Assembly: GCA_016785955.1 (NCBI GenBank) | Contig: JAEUWH010000086.1 | Span: 13,561 to 77,560, forward strand | From: Pseudobdellovibrionaceae bacterium | GTDB lineage: Bacteria; Bdellovibrionota; Bdellovibrionia; Bdellovibrionales; Bdellovibrionaceae | Direction: 5' to 3' | Length of the DNA stretch: 64,000 bases | Shown: in pieces, positions 55,982 through 64,000 of the stretch | Numbering within the stretch: position 1 is the first letter of the stretch | How the letters are laid out: every line of letters starts with the position of its first letter | Notes under the pieces: generated by a model | Told to the model about the DNA's origin: nothing | Databases searched by the model: none | Seen by the model: only the letters and a program-made list of their open reading frames with translations | Position numbers and translations under genes: made by a program

Positions 55982-57353
55982 TTGGCCGATACTCTTTTAA
56001 TACAGTTATCGCCTGCTTGCCCAAATCAGTTGGCAAGGGATGACGATAAAACTCCAAAAAGCTACCTTGAAATTTATCGACACCATGTTTTTCCGAATCA
56101 ATGAGAGCGCTATATGTAAGATGAATATCACTCTCTTCAATAGGTGCATCTGAACCAAAACTGATCGGAACTTTGGCGCGTCGTAATGCCTCCCATGAAA
56201 ACAAATGTTTCATGGAGTCGGGGCTCAGTCGATTTTTTAAAAATTTTTTATCATTGAGCCAATGTGATGGTTGCATATGGCAACGAACAAACAAAGATTT
56301 CATTTTTCCAATCGTATCAGGATGAACTAATTGTACATGCTCCAAGTTTAAATAGCCGCGTATTTTTTCTGAATACAAAGTACGTGCGATATCCACGACC
56401 TTATCTACAGCTCTATCGCCTAGAGCATGTACACTGATTTCCAAGTTATTTTCCCAACACAGTCTCATGACTTGATAAATACTGTCCTCATCCCAAAGAA
56501 GATCACCATGATTTTCAGTGCCCACGTAATTATCCATCAAGAGCGCCGAGCGTGATCCCAATGAACCGTCCACAAATATTTTAAGCCCGCTAATTTTCAG
56601 GTGTGTAAAATCTGCCGTCCTTTCGTTCATCACAAATGGCAGAACAGATGCATGTGCTTGGGAAAAGTTATCGACATTAAAATTGATATCAGAAAATATC
56701 CGAAGCTGGTTATTTTTTTCCATTTTTTTCAACACCTGCCATTGAGCAATGGAGCATGTCATATCTCGAATATGCGTAAACCCCCTCTCTAAAAAATAAC
56801 TCTGCGCTTGCAGCAGACACGTTTCAATCTCTAATGATGTTAACGGCGGCAATTGCGGATAGATTGCGTAGAATGCACTCTCTTTCAAGATTCCAGTCGG
56901 TCGATGCGCCTGATCTCGTTCGACAAATGCGTGTAAAACAGGATCAGCTTCTATCGCACTTAACACACGATCCAGGGCCACTTGATTCAGCAAACAGCTA
57001 TGGGCATCTTTTTTAATAAAACAAATGGGGAATGAAGTACTCAATCGCGCCATTTCGACTAACTGTGAATTCTGCGTTAACTGCGAATCGTCCCAGCCAA
57101 AACCAAACAGCCAATCCCCGCGAAAATTTTTCTTTTTGAATTGATCTGCTGAAATGTCTGAAAGCGACGAATAGCTTTGTAAGTCAAAATAACTTTGTTT
57201 TTCTCCGGTCATCAGCCAATGGACATGACTATCATAAAGAGCCGACACACGAGTTACATTGTCAATCATACGTTCACCGAATACTCTTTTTGGGCTAAGC
57301 CCCTTAAACTCAACTATTTTTTGTTTCAATACGATATAAATTCTGTACCACAA
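55944..57353 (-). CDS. Amidohydrolase-family metal-dependent hydrolase (YtcJ-like); start uncertain
   Basis: YDSHVHW (HxH), ISVHALGDRAVD, LEHVQLV and FGSDAPIE. The ORF-track start is TTG; the first ATG is at 57269. Confidence 0.7.
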   Translation of the reverse strand: MWYRIYIVLKQKIVEFKGLSPKRVFGERMIDNVTRVSALYDSHVHWLMTGEKQSYFDLQSYSSLSDISADQFKKKNFRGDWLFGFGWDDSQLTQNSQLVEMARLSTSFPICFIKKDAHSCLLNQVALDRVLSAIEADPVLHAFVERDQAHRPTGILKESAFYAIYPQLPPLTSLEIETCLLQAQSYFLERGFTHIRDMTCSIAQWQVLKKMEKNNQLRIFSDINFNVDNFSQAHASVLPFVMNERTADFTHLKISGLKIFVDGSLGSRSALLMDNYVGTENHGDLLWDEDSIYQVMRLCWENNLEISVHALGDRAVDKVVDIARTLYSEKIRGYLNLEHVQLVHPDTIGKMKSLFVRCHMQPSHWLNDKKFLKNRLSPDSMKHLFSWEALRRAKVPISFGSDAPIEESDIHLTYSALIDSEKHGVDKFQGSFLEFYRHPLPTDLGKQAITVLKEYRPIKVELPPIHIES

Positions 57354-57420
57354 TAGGAAAAATTATCAAAATGAAACTCATTTTGTCTGACAATCATGGC
57401 TCTTGAATTGAATACATACT

Positions 57421-57720
57421 ATGAATATGAATGCATTGAATTTAGTTATTTTCCTATTTTTCACGATCTTAATTAGTTTTTTCGCCCATGCCAAAACAGA
57501 GGCGGGTATTGCCGAAATCGGATTTAACTCGAAGAAACAATCACGCACGATCGCCAACACGGCTCAAGGATTAGACGCCCTTTCGAAATTGAATAATATG
57601 AGTGAAACACCTCATCCTATTCAAAAATACGAAACCACTTATGCGGGATTTGCGGGCTCTGAAGGAGCTCTCACTAAAAAAAGAGCACCGGCTAATAGAA
57701 AGAAATCAGCAAAAAAATAG
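57421..57720 (+). CDS. Small secreted protein with a basic tail, function unknown
   Basis: Signal peptide MNMNALNLVIFLFFTILISFFAHA. The mature part is ~75 aa, polar, and ends KKRAPANRKKSAKK. Confidence 0.6.
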   Translation: MNMNALNLVIFLFFTILISFFAHAKTEAGIAEIGFNSKKQSRTIANTAQGLDALSKLNNMSETPHPIQKYETTYAGFAGSEGALTKKRAPANRKKSAKK

Positions 57721-57737
57721 AATATCAAATAACTGGA

Positions 57738-59948
57738 TCAACGAGAACCCAATGGCGCCGGCGTCGCGATCGTTCCCGCAGGTAGACCACCCAGCCCACC
57801 GTTTGATAGTCCGAATTGGTAAGCGCCACCTAAAATACCAGATGTAGCCCCGTAACCACCTACTTGAACTTGTTGAATTCTTTGGATCACACCCATCAAC
57901 TCGGATTGAAGACCGGCCACAGCTCGTTGTCTTTGCATCGCATTTTCATAGGTGCGCATTTGCTGTTGCATCACCATTTGCTGTTGCTGCAATTGCATTT
58001 GCATCATTTGCTGCTGCATTTGAATTCCACCCACACCTAAACCGCCTAGACCTGAATCTAAACCACCCAAGCCGCCAAGTCCCCCTAAGCCGCCAGCTAA
58101 GCCGCCAAGGCCACCCAGTCCGCCTAGGCCTCCAAGTCCTCCTAAACCGCCCAAGCCGCCCAGACCTCCTAAGCCAGCTAATCCTCCAAGACCTCCTAGA
58201 CCTCCCAGTCCACCTAGGCCGCCCAAACCACCACCAAGACCCATAATTCCAGGAATACCTGCACCACCAACCATACCATAAGGCATTCCACCCAACGCCG
58301 CGTAAGGATTCATCAAACCACCACCTAAGCCGCCAAGACCTCCTAGACCACCCAGGCCGCCCAAACCAGCCAGACCTCCTAAACCACCTTGACCTAATAA
58401 TGCCATTGTCATTGGGTCCATGCCACCCATAGCCCCAGCCATTCCTGGAAATCCTAAACCTAAACCGCCGCCTAATGCTAATTGCGGAAACAAACCCATG
58501 CCCATCCCATTCAATCCCCACGGACCATTCATTCCCCACGGAGCCGCACCACCTAAGTATGCACCGCCGCCAAGACCGCCACCTAAAGCCCATGCTGGTA
58601 AACCAAAGGCACCACCAACTTGTCCCATACCGCCTAAAGCTGCATACGGACCAAATGCTCCACCCATACCACCAATTCCACCGGACATACCCGCACAGCC
58701 GAAACCACCTTGGCCCAAGCCAGAGCCAATAGCTCCCATAATATTTCCAGAAGCCGCCATCCACGGCGACATCATTGGCATTTGGGTTGGGAAACCTAAG
58801 TTAGCATTACGATCTTGCATTCCATTATAGAAATTTTTTGTCGATGAATACGCCAAAATAGCCATCAATGAATTTCCGATAACACCACCCCAATTTGGTT
58901 TGATGTCCTCAGAACCACCAGCGGAGGTCAGACATTCGTAACAGATGCCACCTTCGCGAATTTCTTCAATTCGTTGACGACGGTTTTCTACAAGTTCATC
59001 ACGCATTGATTTTTTCAAATCTGGAATTTGCTTCTTCGCCGCTGCTATGGCATCTTTCTTAATCTCGATTTCTTTCTTTAACAATTCAATACGACGTTTA
59101 GTCGCTGGGTAATTTGCAACGGCCGCTTTACATTCCGTTGAATTAAACTTTGTACCGCTTGTTATATAACGGCGATCACAAATGGCCGCGCGCAAGCTTC
59201 CAGGACGGTTATTCACCTTATCACAAACTTGTCCCCAATCAGCGTTTAATCTTTCAGACTCAATAGTCAGGTCACCCGTATCACGTCCGTCATCCTCACG
59301 TGAACTTGCAGGCATACGAGAATTTGTATACGCCATAATTAATGTTTGAGGACCGATCACCTTAGAGCCGGTCGGACCGCCATCCACAGATCGACTCACT
59401 GGTGCGGCTGCAGGCGCAGCCGAAGCTCCGGTCCGTGGCGCACGCGGAGGCTGAGCTGGAGGGGCCTGGGCCGCCGGCTGAGCCGACACTTCTCGTCCAT
59501 CTACTTGCGTAGTGGCCGACTGTCTTTGCTCTTGTCTTTGTTCTATTCTTTGCTGTTCTATTCTTTGCTGCTGTTGAAGCTGCTGGTCTTCTTGAGGACT
59601 CAATCGTTCATGACCTTTATAGTCCATACAACGATTGTCCTGATCAAAATGATTTTTTACAAACGTGTAGCCTTCCACGGTAAAATTAGTTCGCAAATGC
59701 AAATCGTATTTTTTAAGATTTGTATTTTCCGTATTCAATTTTCGTCGTAACTCTGAAAGTTCTTTGGTGCCTTCATTAATTTGCTTTCTGGTTTCTTCAA
59801 TTTCGTCCTTATAGCTAGAGGCTTCTTCAGCTTGAGAAACATCGTACCCACAACCTTGCAAACCTCCGTAAAGACCGTAACCCCAAAAGGCTTCGGCGTG
59901 CAGGGAAGTCAGAATTGCACCCACAATCAGTAATTTCGGGAATCTCAT
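57738..59948 (-). CDS. Secreted 736-aa protein with a coiled-coil/Gln-rich/Pro-Ala-rich N-terminal half and a (GGL)n glycine-rich C-terminal half
   Basis: AAGGAG RBS. Signal peptide MRFPKLLIVGAILTSLHAEA. QQQRIEQQRIEQRQEQRQ and AQPAAQAPPAQPPRAPR. Long GGLGGLGGLGGLAGLGG runs. A Q/M-rich block IQMQQQMMQMQLQQQQMVMQQQM. Confidence 0.8.
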   Translation of the reverse strand: MRFPKLLIVGAILTSLHAEAFWGYGLYGGLQGCGYDVSQAEEASSYKDEIEETRKQINEGTKELSELRRKLNTENTNLKKYDLHLRTNFTVEGYTFVKNHFDQDNRCMDYKGHERLSPQEDQQLQQQQRIEQQRIEQRQEQRQSATTQVDGREVSAQPAAQAPPAQPPRAPRTGASAAPAAAPVSRSVDGGPTGSKVIGPQTLIMAYTNSRMPASSREDDGRDTGDLTIESERLNADWGQVCDKVNNRPGSLRAAICDRRYITSGTKFNSTECKAAVANYPATKRRIELLKKEIEIKKDAIAAAKKQIPDLKKSMRDELVENRRQRIEEIREGGICYECLTSAGGSEDIKPNWGGVIGNSLMAILAYSSTKNFYNGMQDRNANLGFPTQMPMMSPWMAASGNIMGAIGSGLGQGGFGCAGMSGGIGGMGGAFGPYAALGGMGQVGGAFGLPAWALGGGLGGGAYLGGAAPWGMNGPWGLNGMGMGLFPQLALGGGLGLGFPGMAGAMGGMDPMTMALLGQGGLGGLAGLGGLGGLGGLGGLGGGLMNPYAALGGMPYGMVGGAGIPGIMGLGGGLGGLGGLGGLGGLGGLAGLGGLGGLGGLGGLGGLGGLGGLGGLAGGLGGLGGLGGLDSGLGGLGVGGIQMQQQMMQMQLQQQQMVMQQQMRTYENAMQRQRAVAGLQSELMGVIQRIQQVQVGGYGATSGILGGAYQFGLSNGGLGGLPAGTIATPAPLGSR
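58024..58745 (-). repeat. Coding low-complexity array: Gly-rich region dominated by GGL/GGM/GGA tripeptide units
   Basis: Read from the translation and the DNA. The units use many different synonymous codons, so the DNA repeat is imperfect. Confidence 0.85.
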
Positions 59949-60085
59949 AGTTTCTCCTTAATTTCTTTTATCACCTCTAGGATATCGTCCTAATAGGAAG
60001 AAAACTTGACTCATTTTTGTCCGCTGGACCTTATTCCAAAAAAACTAGACTTAAGAAATAATATGGAATCAGGTACGATTAAGCC

Positions 60086-61213
60086 ATGGTAACGGCTGGC
60101 TTAAATCCAAAACCCACTATCCTTTGCGTCGATGACGAAAATGACAATTTGGAAGCATTGGAGCGAATTTTTAGGAAGAAATATAATGTTTTAAAAGCGT
60201 CTTCTGGTAAACACGCGCTAGAACTTATTCAACAATCAGGACCCGAAATCAGCCTGATTCTTACTGATCAGCGAATGCCAGAAATGACGGGCATCGAAGT
60301 TTTAGAAAAGGTCATTGGGCAATATCCCGAAATGATACGTATTTTGATAACGGGATTCACCGATTTAGAATCCGTCATTCAAGCCATCAACAAAGGTCAA
60401 ATTTACCAATACATCACTAAACCATGGGATCCGGTCGAGCTTTCAAACACCGTTGATCGGGCCGTAGATCGCTATACTGTTGGCAAAGAACTGGCCGTAC
60501 GAACAAAACAACTAGAAATTGCCTACAATGAACTAAAGACTTTAGATGACGCAAAATCAAAATTCATGATCCTTATAAATCATGAACTGAAAACTCCACT
60601 CACTTCGATCATTAATTTTCTATCTTTGCTTAATGAATCGCCCCTCACGGACGATCAGAAGCTGTACGTTGACCGCACAATAAAAAGCTCGAACAAATTG
60701 AAACAAATTATCGATGATGTTTTAATTTTGGTACGTGCCGAGTTGAATCAGCTGCATCTGGATCCACAGGCCATTATACTGAATTCTGTCGAGCATATGG
60801 TAAATGCAGAAAACCAATCCTTTAAAAACAAAAAACATCTGGTACTCGTGGAAACTATTGATCCACTAGAATTTAAAGCCGACAAGCGCCTATTCGAACA
60901 GATTTTAAATCGAATTCTGAATAACGCGATTAAATTTGCCACGGAAAATTCAGTCATCGAAATCAAAGGGTCGAAGATTGGCAATTTTTATGAATTTAAA
61001 ATTATTAATAACGGCGACAACATCGCCGAGGCCGCAATGAAAAAAATATTTCAACCCTTCTTTATTGATGAAAACATCATGAACCATTCTATTGGCCTAG
61101 GATTAGGACTCAGTATTTGCGATAAGCTCCTTAAACTGCACGGTACGTCTTTGAATATTCGTAATATCGATCACGGTGTTCAAGTCGCATTCTACTTTCC
61201 GCTGATGCAATAG
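60086..61213 (+). CDS. Hybrid response-regulator receiver / histidine kinase
   Basis: REC: ILCVDDENDNL, LILTDQRMPEMTG and ITKPWD. HisKA: INHELKTPLTSI. HATPase: NNAIKF, FQPFF and GLGLGLSI. The G1 box is degenerate (NNGDNI). Confidence 0.8.
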   Translation: MVTAGLNPKPTILCVDDENDNLEALERIFRKKYNVLKASSGKHALELIQQSGPEISLILTDQRMPEMTGIEVLEKVIGQYPEMIRILITGFTDLESVIQAINKGQIYQYITKPWDPVELSNTVDRAVDRYTVGKELAVRTKQLEIAYNELKTLDDAKSKFMILINHELKTPLTSIINFLSLLNESPLTDDQKLYVDRTIKSSNKLKQIIDDVLILVRAELNQLHLDPQAIILNSVEHMVNAENQSFKNKKHLVLVETIDPLEFKADKRLFEQILNRILNNAIKFATENSVIEIKGSKIGNFYEFKIINNGDNIAEAAMKKIFQPFFIDENIMNHSIGLGLGLSICDKLLKLHGTSLNIRNIDHGVQVAFYFPLMQ

Positions 61214-61289
61214 CCGATTCGCCCTTCGGACACAGATACTTAAACTGGCTCCTCACTGAATATCTCAAATTTGCAAAGCCGTCCCAAAT

Positions 61290-62567
61290 ATGTCGACATT
61301 TATATTTTCACTATTATTTGTAGCCTCCGCATGGACCAAAGAACTTATTATTCCCCTTGGAGACAGCACTGTGGTGCCTATTCATGGGAATCAAATTTGG
61401 ATCGAAAAAAAAAGCATCCTCCGTGCGCAAGTCGTCGGACGTTCGCTGAAAATCATCGGCATAGAAACTGGATATAGCTACCTAAAAATCAAAAACACTC
61501 TCTACTTTGTTCAAGTCGTTCGCCCTAGCCAGATGGACTTATTCAATAAACTCTCTGGACTTATCAAAAACCGTCTTGGTCTGAAACTAAAAGTTTCACA
61601 GACCCGAATCGAGATCACCGGTCACTTATTCCGCTTTGAAGACTGGTTACATATCGCCGAAAGCATCAACGACCAAGACGAATATGCCTTTAAAGCCAAA
61701 ATTTCTTCAGAGTTGGTTCCGCAAATTAAACGGTTTTTTATAAATCAGTTCAAAATACGAGGCCTGGCAGACCAAAGAATTAATTTCGAAGGTGAGCCAC
61801 AATTGAAACTTCACACCCGTGATCCCCACTTTACCGAATATAAATCTCTTCTCCGGAAATATGGAATACCGGTCGTCAAAGATTCTACCTCACTGATTTT
61901 AGAGCCTATAATCAAAGTACAAATAACAGTGGCTGAAATCGATCGTGCGTTTATTCAACGTTACGGTTTAGAGCTAGGTTCACCTCTCCAGTCCGAAGTT
62001 TTACCCACCACACAATTTAAGACGTTCGAAGCAGAATTGCACATGCTCGAGGCCTCGGGGCGCGGACGGCTGCTTGCCAGTCCCAATATCCTTTGTAAAA
62101 GCGGAAAAGAAGCTGATTTCTGGGCCGGCGGAGAAATTCCGATCAAAAACAGCACTCGGAACGTCAGCAATGTTCAATGGAAAAAATATGGTGTGTATTT
62201 GAAAGTAAAACCAAAAGCGGACTATTTAGGGCGCATAAGTGTTTCGCTGCAAACTGAAGTTTCATCTTTGGATTCCAGTCTGACTGTCGATGGCGTACCA
62301 GGTATTTCTACTAATCGCGTTTCCAGTTATTTTGACCTTCCCGAAACAAAAATCATCGCTCTTTCCGGGCTATTAAAAGAAGTCGATGGCAATAGTTATT
62401 CCGGGCTCCCACTGCTATCCCGATTACCTATACTAGGCCCTTTGTTTTCCAGCCGAAATTTTCAACAGAAAAAAACGGAGCTAGTTATATTTGTAAAACC
62501 CGAAGTCATGACACGTGAGACCGATATCAACGTGTTTTCTAAGCCAAAACATCTAAGGACGTTGTAG
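61290..62567 (+). CDS. cpaC: Flp pilus secretin CpaC/RcpA
   Basis: Signal peptide and a pilus N-terminal domain. Secretin core ASPNILCKSGKEADFWAGGEIPI, GVPGISTNRV, SGLPLLSRLPILGPLFSS and ELVIFVKPEV. Confidence 0.88.
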   Translation: MSTFIFSLLFVASAWTKELIIPLGDSTVVPIHGNQIWIEKKSILRAQVVGRSLKIIGIETGYSYLKIKNTLYFVQVVRPSQMDLFNKLSGLIKNRLGLKLKVSQTRIEITGHLFRFEDWLHIAESINDQDEYAFKAKISSELVPQIKRFFINQFKIRGLADQRINFEGEPQLKLHTRDPHFTEYKSLLRKYGIPVVKDSTSLILEPIIKVQITVAEIDRAFIQRYGLELGSPLQSEVLPTTQFKTFEAELHMLEASGRGRLLASPNILCKSGKEADFWAGGEIPIKNSTRNVSNVQWKKYGVYLKVKPKADYLGRISVSLQTEVSSLDSSLTVDGVPGISTNRVSSYFDLPETKIIALSGLLKEVDGNSYSGLPLLSRLPILGPLFSSRNFQQKKTELVIFVKPEVMTRETDINVFSKPKHLRTL

Positions 62568-63659
62568 ATGGAAGACATGGAAAACTTGGTTCAAAAAATT
62601 GTCCAATCCGTTAAAGATCAATCCATGACCGAATTCAACTTTGAAGGGTATCAAGACAAAGATCTTTCAAATATAGTCGAGCCACAAATATCTCACCTTG
62701 CACATGCCCTTCAACAGCGACTTCGAGATGAATTTCTAAATATGGGTCCCATTGAGCCTTTGCTGGCGGACGAGTCTATTTCAGAGATACTGGTGAACAG
62801 TAAAGATGATATTTGGTTTGAAAGACAGGGATGTCTGCACCGTGCCAGTGACAATTTTTTTAGCTCGTTTACATACCAACTATTTTTAAATAAAATTTTG
62901 GCCCGTGTAGATGGGGTGATCGACAAAGAAAATCCTATTCTTGATCGCCCCATGGATTCCTTCCGTATCTGTGTTATTGATGAATGTCTCACACTCAAAT
63001 CCTCAATCATCAGTATTCGTCGACACCCTCAGTTTTCTTGGACACTTGAAAAATTAAAAAGTGCTGGCTGGTGCAATGACGACGAACTTTGTTTTTTCCA
63101 AAGTATCATTGAAAAACGAAAACGCTTTCTAATTATTGGGCCTACCGGCTGTGGCAAAACATCCGTCATCAATGCACTTTTACGGGAAACGGGCGAAAAC
63201 TGTCGGTCTATTGTCATCGAAGACACAGCCGAAATTTCCAGTATTAATTCATGCAGCTTGAAACTGGTGACCCGTCTACAACGATCGCAACTGTCAGACA
63301 TCACCCAGTCTGACCTGGTAAAGTCCTCACTACGACTGAGACCCGATCGTATTATCATGGGAGAGATTCGCGGGACAGAGGCGAAAGATTTTTTAATGGC
63401 ACTCTCGACAGGACATGACGGATCATTTGGATCACTTCATGCCAGTGATCCCCACCAAGCCTTGATTCGCTTAGAAATGTTAATTCAGATGGGTGCCCCA
63501 CAGTGGAGTCTAGATGCAATTCGCAAACTCATTTTTCTGAGCCTGGATGGCATCATCGTGTTAGGAAAGGAAACGAATGGACAACGCATTTTTAAAGGCG
63601 CTTACCAGATTACCTCTTTAGAAACTTCTGGCTTTCTGATTGATCGATGGATCGCTTAA
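62568..63659 (+). CDS. cpaF: Flp pilus assembly ATPase CpaF/TadA
   Basis: Walker A GPTGCGKTS, Walker B IVIEDTAE, RPDRIIMGEIRG and His box GHDGSFGSLHA. It starts immediately after the cpaC stop. Confidence 0.88.
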   Translation: MEDMENLVQKIVQSVKDQSMTEFNFEGYQDKDLSNIVEPQISHLAHALQQRLRDEFLNMGPIEPLLADESISEILVNSKDDIWFERQGCLHRASDNFFSSFTYQLFLNKILARVDGVIDKENPILDRPMDSFRICVIDECLTLKSSIISIRRHPQFSWTLEKLKSAGWCNDDELCFFQSIIEKRKRFLIIGPTGCGKTSVINALLRETGENCRSIVIEDTAEISSINSCSLKLVTRLQRSQLSDITQSDLVKSSLRLRPDRIIMGEIRGTEAKDFLMALSTGHDGSFGSLHASDPHQALIRLEMLIQMGAPQWSLDAIRKLIFLSLDGIIVLGKETNGQRIFKGAYQITSLETSGFLIDRWIA

Positions 63660-64000
63660 GCCGGCGCAGAATCCATTGAATCAAGCTCGCGCGTGAGAAC
63701 GTCTTCACTCAATGAAGTGGAAGTGGACGCGGCCTCGGTTTTTGGTTCTAAATTTGCGAAATTTCGGCTGATATCGTCGGCGATCCTAACCTTATGAATT
63801 TCACCTTTACGATTGTAACCAGCTAGCTTTACTTCACCCGCTGTCTCGTCACCTAAGCTGACTCTGTCCTCTGGCGTATCGACAGAAAATTTCTCTGTAA
63901 ATGACAAATCAGGAGTCACCCGAGTTAAAGCCTCTGACGGTTGATCTTCAAAAACAGTTTTTTGAGTGACTCGTCCCATAGGACGCCCCAACAGTGGAGC
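63656..64000 (-). CDS. Hypothetical acidic protein, possibly continuing beyond the window end
   Basis: The frame is still open at nt 64000. Candidate starts are TTG 63991 and ATG 63979. The 3' end overlaps the cpaF stop by 4 nt. Confidence 0.4.
   Translation of the reverse strand, partial: APLLGRPMGRVTQKTVFEDQPSEALTRVTPDLSFTEKFSVDTPEDRVSLGDETAGEVKLAGYNRKGEIHKVRIADDISRNFANLEPKTEAASTSTSLSEDVLTRELDSMDSAPA

Noticed and set aside
57946-58830. Large alternative-frame ORFs within the Gly-rich gene: a 272-aa W/R/G-rich ORF on the same strand, 136-aa and 85-aa P-rich ORFs on the opposite strand, and the 134-aa ORF at 59346..59750.
   Set aside because: They are by-products of the low-complexity GGN/CTN repeat, which stays open in several frames. 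Only the 57738..59948 frame has an RBS, a signal peptide and non-repetitive flanking domains.
1-64000. A search for rRNA, tRNA, CRISPR, transposase, integrase, phage or recognisable defence-system genes (nucleases, helicases, reverse transcriptases, toxin-antitoxin pairs).
   Set aside because: None was recognised in any ORF or spacer by eye. A tRNAscan, Infernal or defence-finder run would be needed to exclude small or divergent examples.

Overview
A 64-kb chromosomal window from a Gram-negative (diderm) bacterium, moderately AT-rich by eye (not computed). The gene content includes many secreted or coiled-coil proteins, PBP4 plus a lytic transglycosylase, Flp/Tad pilus genes and a stand-alone MotAB pair. 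This is loosely reminiscent of Bdellovibrio-like organisms, but that is only a gestalt impression. Most of the window is tightly packed housekeeping. It carries motAB, dsbD, rluB, prmA-rsmE, a heptose adenylyltransferase, pal-cpoB, a partial dcw cluster (rsmH-ftsL-ftsI ... murE-murF), upp-like/hpt/thyA/folA, dacB, lspA, rlmI-like and folD. I saw no rRNA, tRNA, CRISPR array, transposase or integrase. Five parts are not housekeeping. (1) At the left edge (3..7109) is a translationally coupled operon: PaaK-like ligase, GNAT-like, LuxE-like acyl-protein synthetase, a LuxC-like reductase fused to a second PaaK-like ligase, and a second GNAT-like protein. No luciferase genes are present and an MFS transporter converges on it. 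I consider this the best candidate for an undescribed enzymatic system. (2) A Flp/Tad pilus locus (53261..63659) is split by an insert. The insert encodes a small secreted Lys-rich protein, a 736-aa secreted protein with about 240 aa of (GGL)n-type low complexity, and a REC-histidine kinase hybrid. (3) A perfect 10-copy heptanucleotide repeat lies upstream of a membrane-protein gene whose RBS sits in a hairpin. (4) Two short sequence motifs recur only in intergenic spacers. (5) Several atypical domain architectures occur: LspA with a HAMP-like extension, a pseudokinase inside the dcw cluster, an Asp-to-Glu pseudo-receiver next to PilZ, and a peptidase-propeller-barrel giant next to pal. All family assignments come from reading motifs by eye. 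No database search was run.
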